Origin: Camelus dromedarius
Taxonomy: Eukaryota
Assembly (NCBI RefSeq): GCF_036321535.1
Contig: NC_087437.1
Span: 89,468,001 to 89,532,000, forward strand
Length of the DNA stretch: 64,000 nt
Reading direction: 5' to 3'
Shown here: piece after piece, positions 1-12,659 of the stretch
Layout: each line of letters begins with the position of its first letter
Position numbering within the stretch: the first letter of the stretch is position 1
Position numbers and translations under genes: made by a program
Notes under the pieces: generated by a model
Databases searched by the model: none
Told to the model about the DNA's origin: nothing
Seen by the model: only the letters and a program-made list of their open reading frames with translations

Positions 1-44
1 TTTACTTTTCCACTGATATTCCGCTAGGTATAACATCTTTTGCC

Positions 45-140
45 ATCATTAGATGGTTGCAAGGATTGTGTTTTTTATATTTTTACCTCAATACTTAGCT
101 TAGTACCTGGTACATAGTAGATACTCAATAAAGTTGAAGA
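45..140 (+). mobile_element. L2 LINE 3' end fragment
   Basis: tagtacctggtacatagtagatactcaataaag resembles the L2 3' terminus (cctggcacatagtaggtgctcaataaat). Confidence 0.6.
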
Positions 141-189
141 ACAAAGTAGTTTTTCAAATCTCATGTACTTTTTTTTTTTTAACTTTGAT

Positions 190-245
190 TCAACGCCATA
201 TGAATTTACTGAGCTCATCAATGCCATATGAATTTACTGAGCTCA
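190..245. repeat. 28-bp tandem duplication (2 copies, 1 mismatch)
   Basis: tcaacgccatatgaatttactgagctca (190-217) followed by tcaatgccatatgaatttactgagctca (218-245). Confidence 0.95.
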
Positions 246-1507
246 ATGATGAAGTTGATTAAAAATATGCCCTAAGTATAGTTATTGCTACTTATAAACT
301 GCAAAGGGATATTAAAAGGAAAAGAAAAAAATCAGGTGGAAGATTTGGCTGGGGGGAAGCTGCTGGCTTTCTTTAGTTTTTGGCATGGTCAACATTATGA
401 GCTAATTCTTGGCACAGAGATAGAAAACATGGTTCCTGAGTTTCCTGCTAAGTCACATTCTGAGGCAACACCATACCCTTTTTTTCCAAAAAACCAACTT
501 CATTAATGGAATTTAGCCTTCAGAGTTTGAGCTGTAAATATTTTAAATTGAACATGTGAGGGCTCTCAAGAAATAAATATATGCATCTATAGTTTGTCCT
601 CATACTTTCCATGTATTTGGTTTGGCTATGACCAGAGCCATATACTCAGAATAATCCTTGAAATTTCTGAAAACTCTATGTAGCTAAGATTAACTATGCA
701 CTCAGGCACTTCTATCATGTCTATGAAAACACATGCATTTAGTAAATAATGTCACAATTAATAAGACCAGATCCCATGTCCCACAGCTCTATGGGAACAA
801 ATAAGGCATTAATTTCCCTAGGAGAAAGCTAAACTCCCAAGACATATTTCAAAGCCACTTTCAATTATCATAATTTGTGGGATTCCTTCAGTCATGAATG
901 AATAATAACATCCTCCCACTTCAATGCCACATTTGGGTGTTTTTAATTCCACCACACCATCTTTCAAAAATGTTTCGAGACTCTTTAATCAATGAAATGT
1001 CTAAAGTTTAAAGACTAAACTCTATTATAAACTTTGCTTCATTTATGAAAGATAAGTTTTTCATACATATTTAAGATTTTGGGGGTAAGATTCATATACT
1101 TTGAAATAGCTACAGAATACCTAACAAAATACCCACTGATCATTAATTACCATGTGTGATTTAACAATACCTCCTATTCTTAACCACTTGTGATATCTTA
1201 GAGTATCATAAATCCCAGTGCATCTCCATGATGCCAGGCTTACTGAATGATCGATCTATTTACATTCACACGGGTCTCCTTGTCATAAGGCCTGGTGAAT
1301 TCAGATTGTAATGGGTTGTATCTGTACACCTGGTTGGGACTTGAATTATTATCCTGCTATGGGAGGCTGTGAACACTAAACATATATCTCTTTACTCAAT
1401 TTTTCTTCTATAGAGATCTTTGAAAAAACAAAAACTTCAAATCACACTTCAAATGATCATTCTTATCTCATTTACTTTTTCTGTCTGTGAAGTTTCTGGG
1501 GCTCCTG

Positions 1508-1676
1508 GACCCAAGTTCTCAAAATACTGTGTGCGTTAAAATTGCCATAGGCTCCCTCTCCAGAGACTCCACGTCAGTGTGCCAGCAATTAGACCCCAGA
1601 CATGACACTGTCCACAAGTTCATGGGTGATTCTGGTGCCCTTAACCCTGGATTCACACTCTGAGACTCACTATTTT
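1508..1676. mobile_element. MER5-like hAT-Charlie non-autonomous DNA transposon
   Basis: Begins ...agttctcaaa, has internal gtgattctg, ends cacactctgagactcacta; MER5-type termini. Confidence 0.55.
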
Positions 1677-3179
1677 AGGGTGTGACACTCTAAGTTCAGA
1701 ATTCTTGGAAAACAGAAATTTCTGAGAGACACTACTTTTGACTTTCCCCCCAACTGTGTTTCAGGCTTTCCTAACATTTTGTATGAAGACAATTTAGGAT
1801 AAATTGATTGTGGTCCTTAATTTGAGCTGAATAAAAATGCAGATATTTCAAATAAGTAATAATAAAAGGATGGCTGGTAAAACTAAGTAGATTACACATT
1901 TTAATAATGAAAATGCTTTAAGTGATGAAGAAGGAGGAGGAAGAGGTTTATTAGATGCAAAAGGTACCATTAGGGACAATTACATCAAACAGATCTCAAG
2001 ACTAAACAAAAGTAAAAAGTGTGTGTGGGGGGGAGCACGGAATGAAAAGTCTGTATAACTAAAAAAAACTTTGAGTAAACAATAAATATGGGTATAATAC
2101 GAATATAACTTAAATATTATGTAAATTGTGATTAAAATTAATTCTGTAGTGAAAAGATATAGGAAAAAAAAACTTTTAAATCCTGTCTCCTACCAGGATC
2201 TTCCCTTGAGCAAGCCTATACAAATTACTTATGTTGTGATTAACTGTATTGTTTTCAAATCTAAACTGAGCAAATACATTCCAGGAAAAGATCAGACACT
2301 GGTAAAATGTCTACTGACAAGATGATGATATAGTCTTAATGAGGACACTTTAGACGATCAGTCCAGAGCAGTAAACAGTGGCAGCCCCATGACAGAGGTG
2401 AAAGGCATCATCATGGCATCCTTGGCAGTCACTTCGTGTTCTTACAGAGCCAGGTACAATGTGGACACTGACCACAATGATAATTAATACATTTAATTTT
2501 TGTTCCTCTTGATATTTTGATATGCTTTAATGCCATATTGTTTCCACTAATGTTCTTGATTGCTGCTGTAGATTGTAATATTCCAATGGGAAGAGATCTT
2601 GGTTGTTTAAATTCTGAAAATGTCCTGCTATATTCTACCATCTTGAGCTATTTCATGTACTGCTTTAATCCATCCCTGAGGTGAGGTTGGTAGACCTCTA
2701 TCCAGCTATGTGCTTGATAAATTAACTTCAAATGTTGATTCCATCAATAGATGAGCTTACTTCAAAACTGGGTATCACCAACTGCTCTGCCCTTAGCAAG
2801 GTGTGATGCGATTTTGGATATTAGCACCTAGATCATTTTTTTCCTTAGCAAAAGCTTCTCACCTGCTTCTTTTGACTATTCTCAGCTCTCAGTGTGACAT
2901 GGGAACTCATACTTGGTGACTAATACTTGAAAATGGCCAATAAAAAGCCAATTTCATTTTATATCTAATTTATGTAATTTTCCAGGTCATTTTTGCACCT
3001 ATTCCCCAGATCTTGCCACTTTCTGTTACCAAATAATACACAATAGCTTACATATAGAAAAACAGAGAGAGCTACAAATTTTCAGTATTATGTTGTTCTT
3101 TGATTCAAACAATTCTGCAACTCATGTTTAAATCTGTGGGCAAGACTTGTCATATTTATTGTCTACTTATGCTCAAACT

Positions 3180-3480
3180 TTCATTCAGCAATTTCAACAA
3201 GTATTTATTGAGTGATACTGCATGCCAGATACAGTTTCTAGGTTCTGAATATACAGCAAAGTACAAAACCAGCAATACACTGACGTATGAAGCTTATATT
3301 TTAATGAGGAAAGAGAGTTAAAAACACAAAGAAATGTGAAATATGTCAGGTGGAGATAAATCAGAAAATACCACATGGTGAAGGGCAGAGAATGAGGTGG
3401 CGCTGCACTGTTGTGCAGAGCAGGCAGGAAAATCTCCTCTGAGGAGATGGTTTCTGAGTAGATATAGGTCTGACTCCACT
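3180..3480 (-). mobile_element. L2 LINE 3' fragment
   Basis: cattcagcaatttcaacaagtatttattgag...tgccagatacagtttctagg and ggaaaatctcctctgaggagatgg are typical antisense L2 3' motifs. Confidence 0.75.
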
Positions 3481-4810
3481 CAGTGTGGGTCACTGTTCTC
3501 ACTGTATCCTGAGTGGCACCCTTTTCTAGGATAGTCCCTTCACATTGTTTTAAACCAAAAGAGCACCGGTAAACAAAATTAAAATAAAAAAAAGAAATAA
3601 AGCTTAAAAACCCACTAAAAACTCCCTCCCCATGGATGAGTTATGAAACCTTTCCATCTGATCAAAAGAATCTCAACCCAGTTGCACACATATTGTGAAA
3701 TGGGGACTCACTTCCTCAAATGGCCATAGCTCAGATCCAATTTTCCTCATAGGTACAATTTAACCAGCAGGTGGAAGCTTCAGTGAGTATACATTGCTTT
3801 TCAAGCTACTGGCTTTATTAGGCTGGGCCAGACACAGCTCTGCCATAGCAGGGCTTAAAATTACAACGCTGGACCCTCTAAGTACATTAACACCCCAGGC
3901 TCTCAGGCCTGTACCAGCCCCAGTACCTCAGCCAGTCATACAGCTTCAACTTCCATTTTACTGCCACAGCTAGAAAGTCCCTTTTAGTACCTGCAGATTT
4001 CTCTTTCTTTTCTCTTTTTCTCTTTTCAGCTACATCTTTTCATTGACAGCATTACATTTTTACTGCTATGTGTTTTAAATGTAAGGTATGAAGCTTGGTA
4101 GAGGTGGGAGTGTTGCCCAGAATCTACTCAGTCCCCTCTCAGAAGTCCTCTCAGTTAGAAGTTACAGAGTTTGTAGGGTCTTCTATGTGCTAAACCTCAT
4201 AAGAACTGCATATACTGTATTTGATGTATTTTAATGACTCATTCTAACCTTTAATTTATGGTGACAAGGACTACCTTAATGGCTGGCAATTACCTAACTA
4301 GCTGTCAAGTAAGACAATAGCCAAGTCTGTACTGTTGCAGAGGATGAGAAAAGTAAGACTGAGGATTGAAGTTTTGACAAGTTAGTGTTTATCCTTAGCC
4401 TTCCCCCTTACCTGTTAACTCTAGGGGGCTTGATTGGTGTGATATAAAACACTATTTTATCACCCATCAAGGGCCCACTGGACCATTGAAAAATGCACTT
4501 CAAATGGCTGAGCAAAACAAAATCAGTGTTTGGCTTCAGAGACCTCAAGAGGTTTAAGTTATGCTTCAAGTTATACAACCCTCAAGTACAAATATTTGTA
4601 CATGATGGTTATAGAATCTTTTCCACTAAAGGTCTTATGAAGCCTGCAGAAATGCTTCCTCAAGAGATATAAGACACACGTTGATTTATAATATGTTCTT
4701 TCTTTCATGAGTTAGGTGGCAAGAAAAGTTGTCCTCTATAGGAGATAAACAGACTTCTGCTTTTAAAGATAAAAGAAGACTTTAAGTGCTACATTTAAAA
4801 TTCCTCACCA

Positions 4811-5440
4811 AACTGGGTATATATCTAGAAAAGATGAAAACTCTAATTCAAAAAGATTTGCACACACCAATGTTCAAAGCAGTTCTATTCACAACAGCCA
4901 AGATATGGAAACAATCTAAGTGACCATCAACAGATAAATGGATAAAGAAAATGCAGTATATATATATACACACACATATACAGACACACACAAACATACA
5001 CACACACAAAATGGAATATAACTCAGCCATAAAAAAGAATGAAGTATTGCCATTTGCAGTAACATGATGGACCTAGAGATTATCATATTAAGTGAAATAA
5101 GTCAGGCAGAGAAAGACAAATATCACATACCACACTTATGTGGAATTAAAAAATACAATATAAATCAACTTATTTACAAAACAGAAACAGACTCACAGAC
5201 ATAGAAAACAAACTTATGGTTACCAAAGGGGAAAGTGGTGGTGACGGAGGGATACATTAGGAGTATAGGATTAACAGACACACACTACCATGTATAAAAT
5301 AAACAACAAATACCTACTGTATAGCACAGGGAACTATATTCAATATCTTGTAATAACCTATAATGGAAAATAATCTGAAGCTATACCCCTGAAACTAACA
5401 CAATATTGTAAATTAACTATAGTTTAATAAATAAAATAAA
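4811..5440 (+). mobile_element. L1 LINE, 5'-truncated (ORF2 C-terminus + 3' UTR + A-rich tail)
   Basis: ccaatgttcaaagcagttctattcacaacagccaagatatggaaacaa (ORF2 end); acagactcacagacatagaaaacaaacttatggttacc (Laurasiatherian L1 3' UTR); tail aataaataaaataaa. Confidence 0.95.
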
Positions 5441-6349
5441 CCCTATCAAATTGGCAATTAGTATTAACCAAGAATGTGGGCTAAGTTCAGAGAGTTATTA
5501 AATCCATGAAAATTTCACACTACATATTTGTTTTTTACATTTTTCAAATGAAATAGAAATCTATTCAAATCCACCATCATTTTTATTGATATTTCATTAA
5601 AATGGTTACTAAGAAATTATAGTCTTGAAATAGATCTTATTGTACTGTTTATTTTTTAACCATGCATCACCTGCATTTGTGTTTCATATTTTTGTTAGTT
5701 ATTTGTGTGTTAACTTTTTTTATACCTATAAGAAAAACTTCAGTAGAGTAGCTTATCTTTTTTTGTGTGTGTGTCCCTAAAATTGCTGTCTAGCTTGCAA
5801 AGGAAATCTCTCATTAGGAAACTTAGTCCAAATACGAATACTGGAAAGGAAGTTACCAGGAAACCTATCTTCATGGAAGTGAATGAGGTATAAGTGGACA
5901 AGATTATGCAGAAATCTCACCCTCACTGAGTTAGACTTTCCAGTTAACAATTCCTACATGCTTAAGTTTCCAATCAGAAAGAACCTCAAAAATGTATGTG
6001 TCCTGATTCATACTCTGAGAGATTCAAGCTACCTACCAGTTACTGATGCTCAGTCCCTTTTTGGATACGGATATTAAGTTTAAAACAGAAAGCCCCAGAA
6101 CTGTATACTAAATTAAAAAATAAATAAACAGGAAAAAAAAAAAACCAGCAAGACAAAAAAAAGTATAAGCTAAAATAATTAAAATGTATATTGTACCACT
6201 TTGAGAAAATAAAAATATTTAAACCTACCAGAAATTATATTCCTAAAAAGTAAGTGTAAATTAAAACATTTGGTTTATCTAGAATAACTAGATAGACAAA
6301 AACTGAGCATAAACATGTCATTCCTATACTGAACCTCATTCTGCTTACC

Positions 6350-7615
6350 AGAGGAAGGGGTGAACGTGAAACGGTACATTTGGAATGAAATCAGACAATA
6401 AGGATGTTCATATTCCTTGTAAAAGATCATCAGAGAAGTCCCTCTATGTTACAGGCTCTTGGCAATCAAGTAGATACAATGACCTACTCTGTGGATGAAA
6501 AATCAGTACCCTTATCAACAAGTCCAGTGCACGGATATCTTTGGACATTTTGTAAACTCATAAAAATGCCCAAGATAGTGGAGATCGAGGCTGTCACTGG
6601 ATCTCTACTAAGACTGACTTGACTTCTCTGATCTAGATTGTATGTTTCCAGCAATGAAAACAAACAAACAACAAATAAATCAAACTTCTGGTTCCCATTT
6701 GACAATGTCTTCAAGAAACATATCTAGAAGCATTTATTATACTAAGCTCCTTTTATATTAAAAGTTAAAGCTACTTTTTTCTTCCCTGGAATAGACTTTA
6801 TTGTGGAGATGGATGGCCCCTACCTTTAAATAACTGCCAGCACTTCTAAAAATAGACTTGCCACACGCATTGTACACTATCCATCTTATGCTAGCTCACA
6901 TAGTACTGACTCACTCATAGAGCATTTTAATAGCTAAAGTAAAAGTAGGGCAACAGGCTGATGCCTTTGGGATTACCTGGTACTATCTACTTTACCATCT
7001 AGAAACAGTTTCACTGAATGATGCAACGACATACTAACTTGTAGGATGAGACTGGAATCAGATACCAATTAGAGTCGCAGTTTCTCCTACCGGTAAACAT
7101 GCATGGGTCCCAGAACCAATGGATGGAATTGTTAGTGACATCATGTATATACACAACTATATACCATCATGTTTTTGACTTTTTCACCAAGAAGTCAGGT
7201 TCTGTGGACTTCAAGATTTTATCACCCAAGGGAGAAATACTTTTTACTCAGGGCCCCAACAATAGTTTCACTAGTTTGGAATCTAAGAGTTGGTCATTGG
7301 GGGTTGTTCATGCCATTAAATAGGTAAGAAAACAAAAAGGGGTGTTTCAGTGTTGGGTAGAATATTTCCAGTAACAGAAGAGTGATAAAGGACAGTAAGA
7401 CACCTACTATAAAATAGGAGCCTAGGAAAGTGCAATTGGCGCTCAGGTGATTGGGATGCTTTCTGTTCTCTACTATGTCCAAAGTTTTTACGGTTACATG
7501 ACTGCAAAACAAAACAGGAAAGATTGTCAAGGCTTCAAATAACTGAGGAAAAAAGTTTAGATCACTCCACCAGTGAATGAGCAGCAACAATACTACAGAT
7601 CTGGTCCAAAGAGCT
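6350..7615 (+). mobile_element. ERVL-class internal region relic: RNase H end, integrase, dUTPase-like region (degenerate pol)
   Basis: ORF 6404 FIFLVKDHQRSPSMLQALGNQVDTMTYSVD aligns to ERVL pol IFVSHVNAHQR..NNQVDRMTRSVD; ORF 7099 HGSQNQWMEL aligns to IHGSRNQGVE; later segments follow the ERVL dUTPase and C-terminal order; many stops and frameshifts. Confidence 0.85.
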
Positions 7616-7619
7616 GCCT

Positions 7620-8040
7620 TCTCTGCCACAATCAGCAGAGAAGGGAAATCAGGAAACAGCATTTGGGATGGTTATCTTTAGGAACATAGGTGCGTTCACT
7701 TCAGTTCATAATATCAGAAACCTCTACCACCTCTGCGACTGCTTGTCCTACAGCCATGTCTGTTGCTTAATCTGCATGGGCAATAAATCAATCAATGAAC
7801 TCACAGCCTCACCATTGCAGGTTGACACCTAAAATTACAGCATCTCCATGACTAGGGTAGGCACCATATATATGAGAAGCAGAGGAAAGAAAGATATTCT
7901 CCACTTCAATTAATCTTCCAAGCTTACACAAGTCTGGCAATTCACACAAATGCAGCGATTGGTGAAAATGAAGTCACATCCCAAAACCGAGTCGCAAGGC
8001 TATCTGGAAAAGGAAGTTTGTTGGCTGATTGGTGGCTTGC
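7620..8040. mobile_element. Old MaLR/ERVL-type LTR fragment
   Basis: gattggtgaaaatgaagtcacatcccaaaaccgagtcgcaaggctatctggaaaagg resembles the MLT1J-L core motif. Confidence 0.45.
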
Positions 8041-8579
8041 TTGCTTGCTTTGTCCAGCTTCTGGAGAAGTCTTACCCCAGATGTTAGTTTAATGGATGTG
8101 ACCATATGAAAGAAAATCAACTACAACTGGGGTTTTAATTGCATATTAGAAAAGAATCATGATCTCACTTCATAGCCCAAATATATATTTAATCATATAT
8201 CTTGCTATACCTTTCCAATGATCTTTCTTCTGCTAATCTATATAAAGTGTTTTAGAGGTAAATAAACATAAACTTATACATTTATGTTCATAGTTTAGAC
8301 TCTCACATCATGTTACAACATTTTATAGGAAAAATGGGCATCACTCAAGGCCAAGTACTTGTCATTGATATTCAGGCTATAACCCTGTAGAAATAGGGTA
8401 CAGTGTGTGTGTGTGCATGTGTACATGCTCATGATATACAATTATGTAAAGTGGGGACATTTCAAAATTGAAATGAAAAAAGTATTTGTGTGTGAATGTC
8501 TCTTTATATTTCAAACATACAAGGATGAATATAGTAGATATTTCCCCAACCGTTCTCTCTCATCCTTTTTCTTTAAAAA

Positions 8580-8900
8580 TCACTGTCCCTCTTTTCTTTT
8601 ATGGAACAATTCTTACATTCCCTGTGTTCTTCATGGAAATGTCTATCAAAGACCTGTCACTCTGCATGCTCCTCCCCTCACCCTTGCAGAGTGCACCGGA
8701 CCCAGGTGGACCACTCATACTCTCCCAGAAATCTAAATCTTGAGCAGAGTAACATATGGACAAAAGGTAGATGAAACACTCAAAAGAGGCTGTTTTAAAA
8801 CTCCTGGAAAATGTCAGGGAGAATCATGGATCCCCTGATTCCTATGTTTGTTTTCCCAGGTTTTTCTTATTCCTGTGAGTTTCCCATTATTATTCCAATA
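8580..8900 (+). mobile_element. LTR16/LTR33-like ERVL LTR fragment
   Basis: ctctcccagaaatctaaatcttgagcagagtaac motif. Confidence 0.4.
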
Positions 8901-8904
8901 TTTC

Positions 8905-9177
8905 TGTCTTAGTCTGTTTGGGCTGTTCTAACAGAATTCCAAGGACTGGGTGGCTTAAACGTCAGAAGTTCATTTCTCAGTTCTTGGTATGTCCTTAGAT
9001 GGTAGACAGAGAGATCATTTCTTTGTGTCTCTGTCAAAAGGGCACTAATTCCACTCTTGAAGGCTCCACTCTTTAGACCTAATTACCTCCTAAAGGCCTC
9101 ACCTCCAATACAATCATATTGGGGATTGGAGTTTTAATATATGAATTTGGGGGGACACAAATATTAAGTCCATGGCA
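8905..9177 (-). mobile_element. MaLR LTR (MLT1A-like), internally deleted
   Basis: Starts tgtcttagtctgtttgggctg; has gggcactaattcc and tatgaatttggggggacacaaatattaagtccatggca; TG..CA ends. Confidence 0.88.
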
Positions 9178-9224
9178 ATATTCATTTTCTTCAGTTTTCT
9201 TATTGATAATGCAATAATGAAATC

Positions 9225-9465
9225 TTATTAATCAATTAATAACTTATATGTCTTGGGCAGTATGTTAATGGTTTCACACACTTTCTCATATTCAATGCTT
9301 ACAATAATGATTAAAGCAAATATTATTATCATTTTAAAATTAGGAAATGAAGACTTTAGAGAATATAAGTAACTTGAGTTAAGTATCAGACTGGAAACAA
9401 GCAGACACAGGACCCAAGCCTCCAGTTCTCTGATTGTAAAGTTGTGTTCTTAAATAAAAACACTA
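9225..9465 (-). mobile_element. MIR SINE
   Basis: MIR core: attattatcattttaaaattaggaaatgaagactttagagaatataagtaacttg. Confidence 0.7.
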
Positions 9466-10074
9466 TTATCTACAGAGAGGAGAAGAGAAGGGGAGAGATT
9501 ATTGTTAGTTAAAAAAAATGATTAACCAACAATCTATCTTTATGACTAATATTTTTTCTACCTAGAACCTGGGAGAATATCAAACATTGTACCAGAATTA
9601 CAATTGCGTCTTTAGTAATAAACAGAAAACAGATAATGTGAAAAGGAAATGAAAAGAGGTTTGCTTATCTGAAGTTTTTGGCTTTAGGAAAAAAATGAGT
9701 CTTGATTATTAAATGCTTTCCTTAGTAGAAACACTAGTATTCAGAAGAAACTAAACATACACATACATAAATATATGACACACCAAGATTTTCTATTGAA
9801 GTTTTGACTCCTTAGTAATAACACACACTGTGAGTAAAAGCTGTAGGATCTGGAAAGTACTGATTCCCAAGTGATGATATGAGAATTCCATGCCATGTTA
9901 TAATATGTCCTAAGGATGCTACCTACTCCACTCTGGACACAACTCTTCTAAACAAATATCTATTCAGTCAAGTAAGATTAACATTCTATGACCTCTAGTG
10001 AGCAGATAAGGCAAGTTTTGAGTATTTAACAGTCATTCCCCAGCTGTCTACACACCACAGTCAGACATGACTTT

Positions 10075-10185
10075 GTCACTCCTCAGACCTACTGAAACAG
10101 AATGCAGGGTACTGGTGGCCTGGCATTTGCCTTTAGAAAAATAACATGGGCTTCTGATGGGCAATTGGTCTTGTGTAATACACAG
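10075..10185. mobile_element. MER5A-like DNA transposon fragment
   Basis: cagacctactgaaacagaat...ggcctggcatttg...ttctgatg. Confidence 0.55.
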
Positions 10186-10876
10186 TACTGCCAAGCAAAG
10201 AGTCAGATGTGGTACTGTCCCGGATGTGCTCCAAGAAAACTGTGCGGTCCAAAGAAAGGTAGTAAAATTATGCAAGCTTTTACTTCTAAACTGGTGAATT
10301 TAGGTAGTGTAACTAGATGCTCACATTTCTAAAAGTACATTTTACCTTTATCATAATAAATTACTGAATTATAGAAAGCCTGCCATGGCACTAGTACATG
10401 GAAAGTGATTTTTTTTTTAAGTTGCCATAGAGATAACATCATCTAGGTTTACTCTGAAACCAAGATTTCTTGTTTTTTATTTTTTAAGGCACCTAAACAT
10501 TTCCTTCATAATTCATAGGAGCAAATTTCTTTGTGTTTTCATGAATGTAATAAAAATAATTGATTCTAAAGTGTATCATCTACATGGCACCATCGAGTCT
10601 AGGGGAGAAACTGAATTAGGTGCCAAAATACTAACGTAGATGTGTTTCTGCCTTACGTTGGTCATTTAGAAGTTACAGATATTATCATAGAACCGGACCT
10701 TATCTGAATCTTACTTTTATTTCTTTTCTTTGCTATAGCAAAGTGCAAATGCCAAAATCATCATTTGGAAAGCACAGCAGGCGTCAGGAAAGTAGGCGGC
10801 TGCATTGTCTTCCTTTTCTCATCCTGACAAACTTATTTTTGAAATGCTGATGGAAAGTTCAAATTGCAGTTTGCCC

Positions 10877-10923
10877 AAAAAAAAAAAAAAAAAGAAAGAA
10901 AGAAAGAAAGAAAGAAAGAAAAA
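10877..10923. repeat. A-run merging into (AAAG)n microsatellite
   Basis: aaaaaaaaaaaaaaaagaaagaaagaaagaaagaaagaaagaa. Confidence 0.95.
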
Positions 10924-11849
10924 TTCAAACTGTATTTTCATGAAAAGTCTTTCCTATTTTCTGTTTCTCACAGGAGAGAATCATTGTTATGAAACTCATA
11001 ATTAGGGATAAATTCCTCAATTGAACATATGGTTAACTCTGTGGTTAAACTTTTATGTGGAAACTAAAATGGCAAGTTTTTTTTTTTTTTTGAATAGTAT
11101 TCTAGATGTAGGAGTAAGAGGATTATACACAATAAAATAAAATATTAACTATACATATTATTTATTTAAAGAGAATATGCTCTCATCTGGTTTTATTTGA
11201 ATTAATTTAATATGCCTGTGATGTTTACCTAGATAGAATGTCAACTTATCAACTTATTTGCAGAAAATTAAAATCTAGTTGGAAAACAGAACATCTGTTA
11301 ATTATTTTTCTGTTGAAGACAAATAATAAGTGAGTAGATTTCTAATAATTAAATTAAAAAGCTCCCTGGAAGGTTGGATAATTGTTTATCTATGCCCATA
11401 TTTCACAACTAAAATGCAAATTACTCACAATGGTTTTAAGTAAAATGCGGTCTTAAAATATTCACATGGAATTGGGGAAAGTGAAAGATCTTAAGAGAGT
11501 TTGCAAAATCTGCTTCTTTTACAGGTAAGTAATATTTTCAAAGGGTCACATTTAGATCTTATTAAAACTGAATTTGGAGTCTCACTTCTAGGTTTATTTC
11601 AATGCAGTGTCAGTTCCTGGATGATTTCCATTACTCTTGGTCTATTATTAAAGAATAAAGAGGAAACAGATGCTGGGAAACAAAGACCAATAAATTCAAT
11701 GAAAGAAAAGCATTCAGGTGAAAATATACATTCAAGGCTGAATTCGCTTTCACCATATGGAGATTAAATGGCCAGACTTTCTCCTGAAGGAGGGAGGCAG
11801 AAGGGTCACAGGAATCGTGCTAATAATCTTGTCACTTTGTTCAACTTTT

Positions 11850-12410
11850 CTTCACGTGTGAACTTTTACTCCTAACTTTCATTCTCTCTTCAATTCACCT
11901 CAGTCTGACTTCAGTCCTCGCTCCACAGAAATTTTTTTCGTTATGGTAACAATGACTTTTGTGATTTTAAAGTGAATGGCCAATTTCTTCTCATTTTATC
12001 TGACATGCTAACTTTGGATATATGTTGCTGCTACTTGCTTCTTGAAATATGATCTCCCCTAGCTTCTATTTACGATTTTCCTCTAATGTTTCTGGACTCT
12101 CATCTGTCTCCACTGTTGACTGCTATCCCTTCTCCAGACCTTTAAATAATCAAGTGCATCAGTGTTTGGCCCTAATCTATTTTTGCATCCCCAACACTCT
12201 CTCCCCGGGACATTTCACCTATTCCAAGGCTTAAGTTTCGTTCCCTACACAAAACACACAAGCATATATCATTAACTCAAACCGCTTTTCCCTGTATGAG
12301 AAACATAATATCCAACCGTTTGTTATATACATGAAGATGTCTTCAAGGCCCTTTGAAGCTCATATGCCCAGAAGTAAACTCGTGATTTTCGTCCTCAGCA
12401 ATGAATGCAA
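11850..12410 (+). mobile_element. L2 LINE ORF2-derived fragment
   Basis: cagtctgacttcagtcctcgctccacagaaa...cttcttgaaatatgatctcccctagcttc...gaagctcatatgcccagaagtaaactcgtgattt: degenerate L2 RT/3' region. Confidence 0.7.
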
Positions 12411-12659
12411 AATGGTGTTCAAGATGGTATTTCTTTAGTATTACTTAAAAGAAATTGTACCCAACACAAAGAAAATTTCTACATAAGCACCATAGAGGAT
12501 GTATGTCAGACAATATTCCTCTCTATCAAATTCCCTTTAACAAATCTCCACGACAGGCCACTGCCAATCTTACACCGACCTCTCCAACAGCCTCCTCATC
12601 TGTAAGAAAGAAATCATGCTGAGTTATATGTATAATACTGCAAGTCCAATATTCCTGTA

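Noticed and set aside
190..245. Direct repeats as a CRISPR-like array
   Set aside because: Only two adjacent copies with no spacer, in mammalian DNA
2640..2790. Minus-strand PQGWIK resembling the RT LPQG motif
   Set aside because: No YxDD or other RT motif nearby; may be a decayed CR1/L3 fragment but too weak to call
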